Of a stretch of 64,000 nucleotides of DNA, positions 35,161 to 44,989 are shown in pieces. The stretch spans positions 9,661 to 73,660 of the forward strand of contig JAKADP010000005.1 of assembly GCA_021820465.1 (NCBI GenBank), given 5' to 3'. A program made the translations under genes and the position numbers. Each line of letters begins with the position of its first letter. Within the stretch, counting starts at the first letter, position 1. This stretch comes from Bacillota bacterium. Lineage in GTDB: Bacteria; Bacillota; Sulfobacillia; Sulfobacillales; JAIMBI01. The notes beneath the pieces are model-generated. The model was not told the origin of the DNA. It saw nothing but the letters and a program-made list of their open reading frames with translations, and searched no databases.

Positions 35161-35232
35161 GGCGTGCCGCGAGGCAAGCCCGTGGGAGACGGCCGATGGG
35201 TGTGCTATCGTGCGGGCAGAGGGGGTCGACGC

Positions 35233-35982
35233 ATGGGAGAGCCGATCGAGACGCTGGATGGATGGTTCGTGTGGCACCAGCTCACCACGGTGGACTGGCC
35301 CACGTGGTGGGGGTGGCCCCCGGCGGATCGGGACGCGGCGATGGCCGAGCGGCTGCTCCTGTGGGAGGCATGGACCGCGCTGGCGGGCAACCAGCAAGGC
35401 AGTGTGGGTGTATATCAAATGGCGGGCGACCGCGCCGACTTCCTGACGATTCACCTGCGGCCGACGCTGGATGAGCTCATTGATCTGAAGGCGTCGCTGC
35501 AGCGAACAGCGTTTTACGCCGTGGAGCGGCCGCACTACTCGTACATATCCGTTGTCGAACTGGCGACCTACGTGGCCAAGGGCAACCCGGATCCCGAAAC
35601 CAATCCGGAGCTTCGGGCGCGCCTGCACCCGAGCCTGCCGCCCCGGCACGCCGTGTGCTTCTACCCCATGTCCAAGCGGCGCCAAGGGGCGGACAACTGG
35701 TACATGACGGATCGGGCGGCGCGAGCCCATCTCATGCGAGGCCATGGCGCCGTGGGACACAAGTACAGCCAGCAGGTGACACAGATCATCTCCGGATCCC
35801 AGGGGCTGGACGACTGGGAGTGGGGCGTCACCCTGCTGGCCGACGACCCCATCTGGTTTAAAAAGTTAGTGTACGAAATGCGCTTTGACGAGGCCAGCGC
35901 CCGGTTCGCGGAGTTTGGCCCGTTTTACGTGGGCACGCGGCTGGATCCCCAGGGATGGACCCGGCGCCTGGGGGGGCGGTGA
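35233..35982 (+). CDS. hemQ: coproheme decarboxylase (HemQ/ChdC, chlorite-dismutase-like)
   Basis: The internal ATG at 35233 gives MGEPIETLDGWFVWHQL... The protein also shows CFYPMSKRR..G.NWY and the MRFDEASARFAEFGPFYVG C-terminus. Confidence 0.9.
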   Translation: MGEPIETLDGWFVWHQLTTVDWPTWWGWPPADRDAAMAERLLLWEAWTALAGNQQGSVGVYQMAGDRADFLTIHLRPTLDELIDLKASLQRTAFYAVERPHYSYISVVELATYVAKGNPDPETNPELRARLHPSLPPRHAVCFYPMSKRRQGADNWYMTDRAARAHLMRGHGAVGHKYSQQVTQIISGSQGLDDWEWGVTLLADDPIWFKKLVYEMRFDEASARFAEFGPFYVGTRLDPQGWTRRLGGR

Positions 35983-37037
35983 GCCGCCGGCCGACCCCGC
36001 GACTGCTCACGGCCCTGGCGGGGGGAGTTCCTGACCGCACGCCGGTGTGGTTCATGCGGCAGGCGGGCCGGTATCAGCCGGCCTATCGGGCGCTGCGCGC
36101 CCGCTACAGCATGCTGGAGCTGGCCAGCACGCCGGCGCTGGCCGCCGAAGTGACGGTGGCGCCCGTGAGGGATCTGGGGGTTGATGCCGCGATCTTGTTT
36201 TCCGACATCATGGTGCCCATGGGCCCCGCAGGCGTCGCCTTTGAGATTCAAGAGGGGGTTGGGCCCGTGGTGGCCCGCCCCATCCGCGACGCGGCGGCGG
36301 TGGCGGCGCTGCGCGAGGTGGACCCCGCGCGCGATTTGCCGGAGGTGCTGGAAGCGGTGGAGCGCTCGACGGCCGCCCTGGGGGGGGTGCCGCTGATTGG
36401 CTTTGCCGGGGCGCCGTTTACGCTGGCGAGCTATCTCATCGAAGGCCGCCCCAGCCGGCAGTACGTGGAAACGAAGCGCCTCATGTGGAGCGACCCTGGG
36501 CTGTGGGACGCCCTCATGGAGCACTTGTCGCGCGTCGTGGGCGCGCACCTGGCGGCCCAGGCCCACGCCGGGGCGTCGGTGCTGCAGGTGTTCGACAGCT
36601 GGGCGGGCGCGCTGTCGCGGGCGGACTACCAGGCCCGGGTGGCGCCTCACATGCGGCGCCTGTTTGCCCAGCTGGCCCCGCTGGGCGTGCCGGTCATTTC
36701 CTTCGCCGTGGGCGCGTCCCATCTGGTGGAGGTGATGGCCGACGGCCCCACCGCCTTGTCTGTGGATTGGCGAGAGCCCCTGGGGCATGTCCGGCAGCGG
36801 GTGCCGCGGGGCATGCCCCTGCAAGGCAATTTGGACCCCGTGGCGCTGTTGGCGCCATGGCCCCATCTGGTCAGCCAGGCAGAAGCCGTGCTGGCCGAGG
36901 GAGGGAGCCAGGGATTCGTCTTCAACCTGGGCCATGGCATTCTGCCGTCCACGGATCCGGACACGGTGCGGCGGCTGGTCCAGTGGGTTCATGATGCGGC
37001 GGCGCCCGGTCGGACAGACGGGGGGGCCCGCCCATGA
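35979..37037 (+). CDS. hemE: uroporphyrinogen decarboxylase
   Basis: Motifs PVWFMRQAGRY and ILFSDI. GTG at 35979 overlaps the hemQ stop (GTGA). The track start is at 35955. Confidence 0.9.
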   Translation: MSRRPTPRLLTALAGGVPDRTPVWFMRQAGRYQPAYRALRARYSMLELASTPALAAEVTVAPVRDLGVDAAILFSDIMVPMGPAGVAFEIQEGVGPVVARPIRDAAAVAALREVDPARDLPEVLEAVERSTAALGGVPLIGFAGAPFTLASYLIEGRPSRQYVETKRLMWSDPGLWDALMEHLSRVVGAHLAAQAHAGASVLQVFDSWAGALSRADYQARVAPHMRRLFAQLAPLGVPVISFAVGASHLVEVMADGPTALSVDWREPLGHVRQRVPRGMPLQGNLDPVALLAPWPHLVSQAEAVLAEGGSQGFVFNLGHGILPSTDPDTVRRLVQWVHDAAAPGRTDGGARP

Positions 37038-37978
37038 CGCGCGAAGGCCCGGTGGGGGTGTTGGTGATGGCGCACGGGGTGGCCGCGGGCGTGGAGGACA
37101 TTCCCCGCTACTATGCCCACATTCGCGGCGACCGGCCCCGAAACCCCGCCGTGGAGCAGGAGCTGGTGGACCGGTATCGGGCCATCGGCGGACATTCGCC
37201 CCTCATCGAGATCACGGCGGCCGTGGCGCGCGGCCTAGAGGAGGAGCTGGCGCGGCGCCACGGTCCGGCCCGGTATCGCGTGGCCTTCGGATTTCGCCAT
37301 GCCGCACCGTCGATCGAGGACGCCCTCTTAGAGCTCCAGACGCGTGGAGCCGTGCGCTACATCGGCCTGGTGCAGGCTCCGCACTATTCCGCGATGAGCG
37401 TGGGGGCGTATGAGCGGGCGGCCAGTGCCGGCCCGCTGCCGGGCCACACCATTGGGGCGTGGCACGTGGAGCCCCGCCTGATGCACCTGCTGGCGGACCG
37501 GGTGCGGGAGGCGTCGGCGTCGCTGCCGGTGCCACTGGAGGACACGGCGGTGGCGTTCACCGCGCACAGCCTGCCGGAGCGGATCCTGAGCACGGGCGAC
37601 CCATATCCGGGGCAGCTGGCCGAGACGGCTGCCGCAGTCGCCCGCATCCTGGGGCTCACCACCTACGACGTGGGCTGGCAGAGTGCGGGACGCACGCCGG
37701 AGCCCTGGATGGGCCCCGATGTGCTGGAGCTTTTGCGCTCGTGGGCCGCCGCCGGGCGGCGGGCGGGGCTGATCGCCCCCGTGGGGTTTGTATCGGACCA
37801 CTTGGAGGTGCTGTACGATCTCGACGTGGAGGCGCGGGCTTTGGCGGAATCGCTGGGGCTCGCCTTCGCGCGCACGCGGTCGCTGAACGCGGACCCGGAG
37901 TTCATCCGGGTGCTGGCCGACGTGATCGACCGGGACGAGCGGGATCGGGAGCCGGGCGGGGGTGAGGGCCGTGCGTGA
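37034..37978 (+). CDS. hemH: ferrochelatase (coproporphyrin ferrochelatase type)
   Basis: Motifs LVMAHG, YY.HIR and GFVSDHLEVLYDLD. There is an ATGA overlap with hemE. Confidence 0.9.
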   Translation: MTREGPVGVLVMAHGVAAGVEDIPRYYAHIRGDRPRNPAVEQELVDRYRAIGGHSPLIEITAAVARGLEEELARRHGPARYRVAFGFRHAAPSIEDALLELQTRGAVRYIGLVQAPHYSAMSVGAYERAASAGPLPGHTIGAWHVEPRLMHLLADRVREASASLPVPLEDTAVAFTAHSLPERILSTGDPYPGQLAETAAAVARILGLTTYDVGWQSAGRTPEPWMGPDVLELLRSWAAAGRRAGLIAPVGFVSDHLEVLYDLDVEARALAESLGLAFARTRSLNADPEFIRVLADVIDRDERDREPGGGEGRA

Positions 37979-39365
37979 GTTGGCCGTGGTGGGGGCGGGG
38001 ATGGCTGGTCTGGCGGCGGCCCACCGATTGGAGCAGCTGGTGCCTGATGCCCGCGTGACCGTGTACGAGGCGGCGGATCGGGTGGGGGGCGCCGTGCGAT
38101 CCGAGGCGGTGCCCCCGGGTTCGGTGGTGATGGAGGCGGGGCCGGATTCCCTCTTGGCCCGCAAGCCCGCCGGAGTGGCGCTGGCGGAGGCGGTGGGCTT
38201 GGCCGGCGAGCTGGTGCCCTCCCACCCCGGGGCCCGCGGGGCCCTCTTGTATCTCGACGGCCAGCTCTGGCCACTGCCCCCGGGCGTGGTGGCGGGGGTG
38301 CCTCTTCAGCCTGAGCGCCTGGAGGGGTCGCCCCTGCTGACGGCCGAGGGCCGGGCAGCCCTCCTGGCGGATTTGGACGCGCCGCCGGAGTCTGTGACGG
38401 CAGACGTCAGTCTGGGCGGGTTTCTGGCACGGCACCTCGGGGATGAGTGGGTCGACCGCGTCGCGTCCGCCTTGCTGTCGGGAATCTACGCAGGCCACAT
38501 TCGCGAGCTGTCCCTGCTGGCCACCTACCCCGAGCTGGCGGCTGCCGCCCGCCACGGAAGCCTCATGCGCGGCTTGGCCGCCGAGCGCCGGGCCCACCCG
38601 CCGCGGCCGGGTCCGGTATTTGTGACGCTGGTGGGCGGGCTGGAGACGCTGCCGCGCCGGGTGGCTGCGCGGCTCCGGACTCCGGTGCACACCGGAGTGG
38701 CCATCCGGAGCGTGACGGCCGAAGGCGCCCGCTATCGGCTCACCGGCGACCGCGAGGACCACGTCGTGGACGGCGTCGTGGTGGCGACGCCCGCTTGGGT
38801 GGCGGCGGGCCAGCTTCAGCGGCTGGCGCCGGCGGCGGCCGCGCGGCTGCGCGAGGTGCCCTACGCGAATCTGGCGGTGGTGACGCTGCGATATGCCTCA
38901 GGCGTTGTGCCGCCCCCCGGCATGACGGGGGTGCTGGTGCCCGCGGGCAGCGGGGTGGCGCTGACCGCCATCACGTTTGTGGGTCAAAAGTGGGCCCACC
39001 GCACGGACCCGGTGGACGTGCCGGTGCGCGCGTTTTACGGGCGTGCGGCCACGAGTCGGGGAGAGGACAACGTGCTCACGTGGTCTGACGACCGGTTTCG
39101 CCGCGAGGTGGCCGCTGACCTGCGCCAGGTGCTGGGATGGACGGCCGACCCCTACGCAGTGCAGGTGCATCGGCATCCGGCGGCGATGCCCCAGTATCTG
39201 GTGGGCCATCGGGATCGGGTGGCCGAGGTGGAAGCCGAGGTGGCACGCTGGCCGGGACTGGCCCTGGCGGGCGCCGCTCTGCATGGGGTGGGCATCCCTG
39301 ATGTCATCCGCAGCGGCGAGGAAGCGGCCGAGCGCGTGGCTCGCTCGGGGGAGTTGCGGCCCTAA
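37971..39365 (+). CDS. hemY: coproporphyrinogen/protoporphyrinogen oxidase (HemY/CgoX)
   Basis: FAD fold LAVVGAGMAGLAAAHRL, in the hemEHY order. GTG at 37971 overlaps the hemH end. The track start is at 37962. Confidence 0.85.
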   Translation: MRELAVVGAGMAGLAAAHRLEQLVPDARVTVYEAADRVGGAVRSEAVPPGSVVMEAGPDSLLARKPAGVALAEAVGLAGELVPSHPGARGALLYLDGQLWPLPPGVVAGVPLQPERLEGSPLLTAEGRAALLADLDAPPESVTADVSLGGFLARHLGDEWVDRVASALLSGIYAGHIRELSLLATYPELAAAARHGSLMRGLAAERRAHPPRPGPVFVTLVGGLETLPRRVAARLRTPVHTGVAIRSVTAEGARYRLTGDREDHVVDGVVVATPAWVAAGQLQRLAPAAAARLREVPYANLAVVTLRYASGVVPPPGMTGVLVPAGSGVALTAITFVGQKWAHRTDPVDVPVRAFYGRAATSRGEDNVLTWSDDRFRREVAADLRQVLGWTADPYAVQVHRHPAAMPQYLVGHRDRVAEVEAEVARWPGLALAGAALHGVGIPDVIRSGEEAAERVARSGELRP

Positions 39366-39374
39366 GCGAGGGGC

Positions 39375-40217
39375 CTATTTTTGATACCAAAAGTAGCCGC
39401 TCTCGCTGATCACCGTGAATACGCCGTCGCGGGCAATGGCGTCCGCAATCCGGTGGCGGACCAGGTCGACCAGTTCGGACTTGTGCTGCCGGGCCACCTC
39501 CGGCTCCAGCCCTTGGCGGTAGAACCCCGAATCATAGTAGGCGGCTGCGGGCTCGGCGGCCGGGAAGCGAAAGCCCCCCGCATGGGATTCCACCTGGACG
39601 ATGCGGTCGGCGGGGAAGAATCGCCGGCCATTGCGCAGGGAAAAGCGCAAGGGACCTCCGTCGGGCACCGTGGGAAGGCCGAGGGCGGCCACGGCGGCCC
39701 GGTGCAGCTCCATGAGCTCGCGGTACTGCAGCGGCCCGTTGGTGGCGGCGGACAAAATGCCCCCCGGCTTCAACACCCGGTCTGCTTCCGCCAGCGCGCC
39801 GGCAATGTCGGGTACGTGGTACAGCATGAAGTGGAGGCCCACCCAGTCGAAGGTGTGGTCGGGCCACGGGAGATGCTGCGCGTCGCCCACCTGGCAGCTG
39901 GCGGCCGGGTCGCCGTTTAGCCGATCGGCCAAGGCGGCCGCCATCGCGGGTGACTGATCCAGGCCGGCGTACACGACAGCCGGGCCCAGTTCGTCACGAA
40001 TCGCCGCATACCAGTTTCCGATCCCCGCGCCTACGTCCAACACCGATGCCGGCGCGGCTACCCGGGACAGCTGGCGCGTCAGGGCGCCAAAGATGTCCCC
40101 CTGCCCCAAGCCATAGCGGCGGTGCGTCATGATGCGCACCTGAAGGGGATCCACGATGCCGTACGCCGTCTGCATGAACACCGGATCGGTGAAGCGGTCG
40201 ATGTGCTCGGCCATCAA
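39375..40217 (-). CDS. class I SAM-dependent methyltransferase
   Basis: SAM motif I is VLDVGAGIGNW, and the post-I motif is YAGLDQS. Confidence 0.8.
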   Translation of the reverse strand: MMAEHIDRFTDPVFMQTAYGIVDPLQVRIMTHRRYGLGQGDIFGALTRQLSRVAAPASVLDVGAGIGNWYAAIRDELGPAVVYAGLDQSPAMAAALADRLNGDPAASCQVGDAQHLPWPDHTFDWVGLHFMLYHVPDIAGALAEADRVLKPGGILSAATNGPLQYRELMELHRAAVAALGLPTVPDGGPLRFSLRNGRRFFPADRIVQVESHAGGFRFPAAEPAAAYYDSGFYRQGLEPEVARQHKSELVDLVRHRIADAIARDGVFTVISESGYFWYQK

Positions 40218-40414
40218 GGGTCCACCCTTCCTGTGGGGCGCCGCTCGGCGACGGCCCGCCGGACTCGTATGCCGGGGCGTGCGAATTGCCGGCTAAGGCG
40301 CGTCTCTTCGGCTCATCCTAACACGTCAGCAACGCGTCAGCGTTGGTGCGGCGCCCTTTTTGCCGACATCGGTCTGGTGGGTGCCGGCCAGCTGGGCGCA
40401 GCGGGAGGCGCAGT

Positions 40415-41158
40415 ATGGCCATCACGAGCGGATCCGGCCCTCGACCCCCCCGCGTGCGGGCGGGCGGGCGGCGGCGGTCCCGCCAGCGAGCCGGGATTCT
40501 GCGCGAGTCGATTTTTGGCGTCAACGATGGCCTCGTCGCCACGGTGGGCCTGGTGTCGGGCGAAGTGCTGTCCCACCAGCCCCATGGCGCCGTCCTCGTG
40601 GCGGCGCTGTCTGCCATGGGCGCCGCCACCGTATCGATGGGCATTGGCTCCTTCTTGGCGTCTTCGACGCAAAATGCGTTTCTGCAAAAGCAAATCCGGG
40701 ATCAGGAGGCGAAGCTGGCTCGCTGGCCCGCCCATGAGCGGCGCCATGTGGTCCAGCTGCTGTCGGCCATTGGGCTGTCGCGCCACACGATCCCCCGCGC
40801 GGCCCGCGAGATCACCCGCTCCCGCCCCCGGTGGCTCCGATTCATGGTGCGTGAGCGGCTGGGGGTGCATGAAAACCAGTGGGAGAGTCCCGTGGCCAAT
40901 GCCGTCGTGATGGCGGTGGCCGTAGTCGTCGGGTCCATCCCGCCCGTCTTGCCGTTTCTGCTGCCGCTCTCCGTGCTGGCGGCCCGGAACCTGGCATGGG
41001 GGGCCTCTCTGGCCGCCGCCTTTGCCATCGGGTACGGCAAGGGGGTGATGACCGACAGCCCCCGCCTCAAAAGTGCGGTGCAGTTTCTGCTGCTGGCGGG
41101 CGCCTCCGCGGCCGTGGGGGCCAGCATTGGGCTGCTGCTGGGTCACGCGGGGGCATAG
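40415..41158 (+). CDS. VIT1/CCC1-family iron/manganese transporter
   Basis: The signature IFGVNDGLVATVGLVSG is present. ATG at 40415 follows GGGAGG with a 6-nt spacer. Confidence 0.85.
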   Translation: MAITSGSGPRPPRVRAGGRRRSRQRAGILRESIFGVNDGLVATVGLVSGEVLSHQPHGAVLVAALSAMGAATVSMGIGSFLASSTQNAFLQKQIRDQEAKLARWPAHERRHVVQLLSAIGLSRHTIPRAAREITRSRPRWLRFMVRERLGVHENQWESPVANAVVMAVAVVVGSIPPVLPFLLPLSVLAARNLAWGASLAAAFAIGYGKGVMTDSPRLKSAVQFLLLAGASAAVGASIGLLLGHAGA

Positions 41159-42366
41159 AAGCGCCCGGGGTCCAGCGAGCGGGGGAGCGGTGCGCCGTCG
41201 AGCAGATGGCGCGCCACCAAGTCCCCGACCGCACCGGTCATGGCCACGCCATGGCCACTGAAGCCGCCGGCGACCCAGACGCCGGGAGCCACGGCACCGA
41301 CGACAGGCCGACGGTCGGGGGTGAACCCCATGATGCCGGCCCAACGATGCGCCACGGTGACCGGCCCGCCGGCCAGGCGACTCGCCAGGGCGGTGAGCGC
41401 CGCTTGAATGCGGGGATTGAGGGCCAGCGTGTCGGTGGCCTCGGCGTCGGGGTCCAGATCCCGGCGTCCGCCCAGCACCAAGGTTCCGTTCGGGCGGGGC
41501 CGCCAATAAAGGTATCCGTGGTCGGCATACACCGGGTACGCGTAGTCAAGCGACACCGGGCCGGTGGCCAGCACCTGGCCCCGGGTGGGCCTTACGACGT
41601 CCGCCAGGGCCGGCACCAGCTGCCCCAGCCAGGCATTGGTGCACAGGACGACCCGCTTCGCCCACACGTGGTCCCCACCCACCGAGAGACGCACTCCCAC
41701 CCCCTCCTGCACGGCCCACCCGTCAACCCGCGCCCCGGCATACCAGCTCACGCCAGCGCCCTCGGACTGGCGCACCAGCGTGGCGGCCAGCTGCACCGGC
41801 TGCACCGCACCATCTTCGGGGAAGAAGGCGGCGTGAGGCAGCCCCAGCGACTGGAGGCGCGCCGGCACGCGAGAGAGCGGGAGAGACTCGGCCGGCACGC
41901 CGTCCTCCGTGAGCCATTGCACGGTGTGGGCCAGTGTCTCGCCTTCGTCCGGCGCGCCCAGGTATAGGCTGCCGGTTTCCCGGTATTCCGCCCCATGGCC
42001 CGCTGCCCTCAGCACCGTGCGCACAAACTGGCGATTTTGCTGGGAGAGGGCCAGCAGCTCCCGAGCTGCTGGGCGGCCCACTTGGCCCACCAGGGTGGCA
42101 TACAGCTCGCTGGTGCCGCCCAGCACGAAGCCCGCGTTCCGCCCGCTGGCTCCGTGGGCCAGCGGGCCGTCACTGAAGGCGGCGATGGCCCACCGGCCAG
42201 CGGCGCGGCGGCTGGCATGGTACGCCAGCCAGGCGGCTGTGAGCCCCCCACCCACGATGGCCAGGTCCACCGGCGCGGGGGTGGGGCCGCGCCCCCAGCA
42301 GGCCGCCGGCACCGAGGCCTCGTGCTGCCAGACGCTGGGGAGGTCTGCGGCGGTCGGGCTACGCAT
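41143..42366 (-). CDS. FAD-dependent oxidoreductase (DAO family)
   Basis: Motifs DLAIVGGGLTAAW, ASGRNAG and GFSGHGV. ATG at 42366 overlaps the stop of the upstream GNAT by 8 nt (ATGCGTAG). Confidence 0.8.
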   Translation of the reverse strand: MRSPTAADLPSVWQHEASVPAACWGRGPTPAPVDLAIVGGGLTAAWLAYHASRRAAGRWAIAAFSDGPLAHGASGRNAGFVLGGTSELYATLVGQVGRPAARELLALSQQNRQFVRTVLRAAGHGAEYRETGSLYLGAPDEGETLAHTVQWLTEDGVPAESLPLSRVPARLQSLGLPHAAFFPEDGAVQPVQLAATLVRQSEGAGVSWYAGARVDGWAVQEGVGVRLSVGGDHVWAKRVVLCTNAWLGQLVPALADVVRPTRGQVLATGPVSLDYAYPVYADHGYLYWRPRPNGTLVLGGRRDLDPDAEATDTLALNPRIQAALTALASRLAGGPVTVAHRWAGIMGFTPDRRPVVGAVAPGVWVAGGFSGHGVAMTGAVGDLVARHLLDGAPLPRSLDPGRFYAPA

Positions 42367-42931
42367 GCCGAGTCGCCCGCCACTCCCGCTCCAACAGTCC
42401 GTAGAGCAGCATGTCGTGGGGCTGGCCGTCCCGCACCAGAAACTCCCGATGGGATCCTTCGCGGACGAATCCCATCCCTTCGTATAGGCGAATGGCGCGG
42501 GTGTTGTAGGCAAAGACCGTCAGCGACAGCCGCCTGAGGTTCACTTCATCGAAGGCGAAGCGCAGCAACAGACCCAGCGCCTCGCGGCCAAATCCCTGGC
42601 CCCACTCGCTTGGGGCAATCTCCATCGCGATCCAGCCAACGCGCTGGGCCCAAAGAATTTCGTCCAAGGCCACGAGGCCCACCAGCCGGGGGGCCTCCCC
42701 CTGGGTGCGCACAGCAAAGGGAAAGCCACCGGCCGCTTTGAGCGTGCTCCACGCGGCCGTCAGGGCCTCGGCTGCCGGCGGCGCGGCGGGCGCGGCATCC
42801 AAGTGGCGCAAGAACATCCCATCACGGTGCCAGGCCGCCACCGCCGGCCCATCGTCGGCCGCCACGGCATCGAGGTACAGCCGCGGCCCGGCCAGGTGGT
42901 TGGACACCCGGTCGGCCTTGCTCCTGTCCAA
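42359..42931 (-). CDS. GNAT family N-acetyltransferase (RimJ/RimL-like)
   Basis: Motifs GQGFGREAL, NLRRLSLTVFAYNTRAIRLYEGMGF and EG..RE. Confidence 0.8.
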   Translation of the reverse strand: MDRSKADRVSNHLAGPRLYLDAVAADDGPAVAAWHRDGMFLRHLDAAPAAPPAAEALTAAWSTLKAAGGFPFAVRTQGEAPRLVGLVALDEILWAQRVGWIAMEIAPSEWGQGFGREALGLLLRFAFDEVNLRRLSLTVFAYNTRAIRLYEGMGFVREGSHREFLVRDGQPHDMLLYGLLEREWRATRHA

Positions 42932-43010
42932 ACCGTAAGCCCCCTCTCTGCCACGCGGCAGTCGCTCCTGTTATGATACCGGCATCGGTGCGCGATGGGG
43001 AGGCAAGCGA

Positions 43011-43484
43011 ATGGAGCCCCGCATCATCCCCGAGTTTCAAACCGAAGACATTCACGGCACGCCGTTTCGGGCCTCGGATTTGGTGGCGCGCGCGCCCGTG
43101 CTGGTGGTGATGCTGCGCGGGCTGTTCTGACCGTACTGCCGGCGGCAGCTCGTGCAGCTGCGCGACCAGTACGCGGCCTTGCGGGCGGCGGGCATCCAGG
43201 TGGTGGCTATCGGGCCGGACCGCCCGCAGGCGCTCCGCGCCCACTTTGAGAAGGAGCGCCTGCCCTTCGAGGCGATTGCGGACCCCTCCCAGCAGGTGCT
43301 GAAGGCGCTGGGCCAGCAGTATCGGTGGTACACGGTGGGGCTCCTGCCCGCCATGCTGGCCATTGCCCCGTCGGGGGCGGTCGTGTGGCAGCACTATGCG
43401 AAGAGTCCTCAGGATCTCCCCAGCCTGACCGAGGCCGCGGCGGCCCTGGGCCGGCGGCTGGACCATCAGGGCCAGGACGCGTAG
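43011..43484 (+). CDS. AhpC/TSA (peroxiredoxin-like) thioredoxin-fold protein with in-frame TGA (43128-43130) at the first Cys of CxxC: candidate selenoprotein
   Basis: GGGGAGG, 7 nt, then ATG at 43011. The translation is MEPRIIPEFQTEDIHGTPFRASDLVARAPVLVVMLRGLF-[TGA]-PYCRRQLVQLRDQYAALRAAGIQVVAIGPD... This matches the family pattern vvLvFyRG.WCPyC..qL. The track lists only 43152..43484. Confidence 0.7.
43145..43161 (+). promoter_or_regulatory. SECIS-like hairpin
   Basis: GCAGCU-CGUGC-AGCUGC is a 6-bp stem that starts 14 nt after the TGA, with GUG in the loop. Confidence 0.4.
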
Positions 43485-43647
43485 CAGCCCCTCAAGGCCG
43501 TATCCGTGACCGTGCCCCTCGTGCCAAGGGCGTCGTCCCGGCGGCGGGCTTGCTGCGCTCCGCGCACATGGGGCGACCGCTCGCTCCGGCCAGCAGGCTG
43601 GACAAGCTGATGAGGTCCAACGGACGCAGGCGGACCCGGCGCACCCA

Positions 43648-43676
43648 TTGATCCACCGGGCCGGCTCGGTTATACT
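43648..43676 (+). promoter_or_regulatory. sigma-70-like promoter upstream of the pirin gene
   Basis: TTGATC, a 17-nt spacer, then TATACT. Confidence 0.5.
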
Positions 43677-43723
43677 ATACAAAGTAAAGTTGTGCTCTGG
43701 GAGTGCGGCAGAGGAGGGATGGC

Positions 43724-44716
43724 GTGTCAGCGGTCACGGTGGAAAATTGGTTGGTTCTCCCACGGGTGGCGGAGCCTAGGGTCGATGTGGTGGAGCGCCC
43801 CGTACAGCAGGTGGCGGAGGCTCAGCGGCTCACCGAGGGGGCCGGGTTTCCGGTGCGCCGACCCTTTCCGGGCCCGCGCCTCGCGCTGCGGGCAGTGGAT
43901 CCGTTCCTGCTGCTGGACCAGATGGGACCCGTGGATTATGGCCCCAAAGAGGCCAAGGGCGCGCCGTGGCACCCGCATCGAGGCTTCGAGACGGTGACCT
44001 ACCTGATGGACGGGGTCATGCGCCACCAAGACTCCAACGGGGGCGGCGGCCTCATCCAAGACGGAGGCACCCAGTGGATGACCGCGGGCAGCGGCATTTT
44101 GCACGACGAGATGCCCACCGAAGAGCTGGTCATGGCCGGCGGCTATTTTCATGGGATTCAGCTGTGGGTGAACTTGCCCAAGCGGCTCAAGTGGACGGCT
44201 CCACGCTACCAGGATATTGGGGGCAGCCGACTCCTGCTCTTGACATCGCACGATGGATCCAGCCTGATTCGCGTTATCGCCGGGAGCCTCGGAGGGCACG
44301 AGGGGCCGGGCTCGACATGGACGCCCATCGTCCTCGCGCACGCCAGCGTGGCGCCGGGCGCCCAGCTGCACCTGCCATGGAACCCGGCATTTAGCGCGAT
44401 GGCTTATACGCTGTTGGGCCAGGGCACCGCCGGCCGGGAGGGAGCCCCGCTGGCGGAGGGCCACCTGGCCGTCTTTGGCCCGGGAGACGCCATCACGGTG
44501 ACGGCCGGGGCGCGCCAGAGTGAGCGGAGCCCCAACATGGAAGTGCTTCTGCTGGGCGGTGAGCCTATTTGGGAGCCCATTGCGCACTGGGGGCCCTTTG
44601 TGATGAATACGCGTGAGGAGATCGTGCAGGCCGTCGAAGACTTTCACGCAGGGCGCATGGGCATTATTCCCGCCACCACACTCGATGCGCCAGGGGCCCC
44701 GTCGCCGAAGGCGTGA
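43724..44716 (+). CDS. pirin family protein
   Basis: HPHRGFETVTYLMDG ... QWMTAGSGILHDE. GTG at 43724 follows GAGGAGGG with a 5-nt spacer. Confidence 0.9.
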   Translation: MSAVTVENWLVLPRVAEPRVDVVERPVQQVAEAQRLTEGAGFPVRRPFPGPRLALRAVDPFLLLDQMGPVDYGPKEAKGAPWHPHRGFETVTYLMDGVMRHQDSNGGGGLIQDGGTQWMTAGSGILHDEMPTEELVMAGGYFHGIQLWVNLPKRLKWTAPRYQDIGGSRLLLLTSHDGSSLIRVIAGSLGGHEGPGSTWTPIVLAHASVAPGAQLHLPWNPAFSAMAYTLLGQGTAGREGAPLAEGHLAVFGPGDAITVTAGARQSERSPNMEVLLLGGEPIWEPIAHWGPFVMNTREEIVQAVEDFHAGRMGIIPATTLDAPGAPSPKA

Positions 44717-44743
44717 TGGCCGAGCGGCGGCGGCCGTGAGAGA

Positions 44744-44784
44744 CACCCCCGCCGGCGGGCCTGGGCGGCCGGCCGGCGGGGGTG
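44744..44784 (+). terminator. strong hairpin downstream of the pirin gene (no U-tract)
   Basis: A 13-bp perfect stem CACCCCCGCCGGC / GCCGGCGGGGGTG with a 15-nt loop. Confidence 0.4.
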
Positions 44785-44989
44785 ATGCGCGTGGGCACAT
44801 CAGGGGACGGGTCTGCGAGCCCCATTTCTCAGACGACCCGATAAGGGGAGGCCGTCCTGGCCACCGGACGAGTCGCCAAGCGGCTGCCGGTGTGCGCCGA
44901 TGAGGTGTCCGCGAGGGAGGCGGGGCGCCCCGGTCCTGGGGGCCTGCCCGGCGACAGCGCCGCCTCCCGGGAGATGGCCCGCCGCGCGG

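Noticed and set aside
34300-35760. 486-aa minus-strand ORF.
   Set aside because: It is antisense to the prsA-like and hemQ genes and has junk composition.
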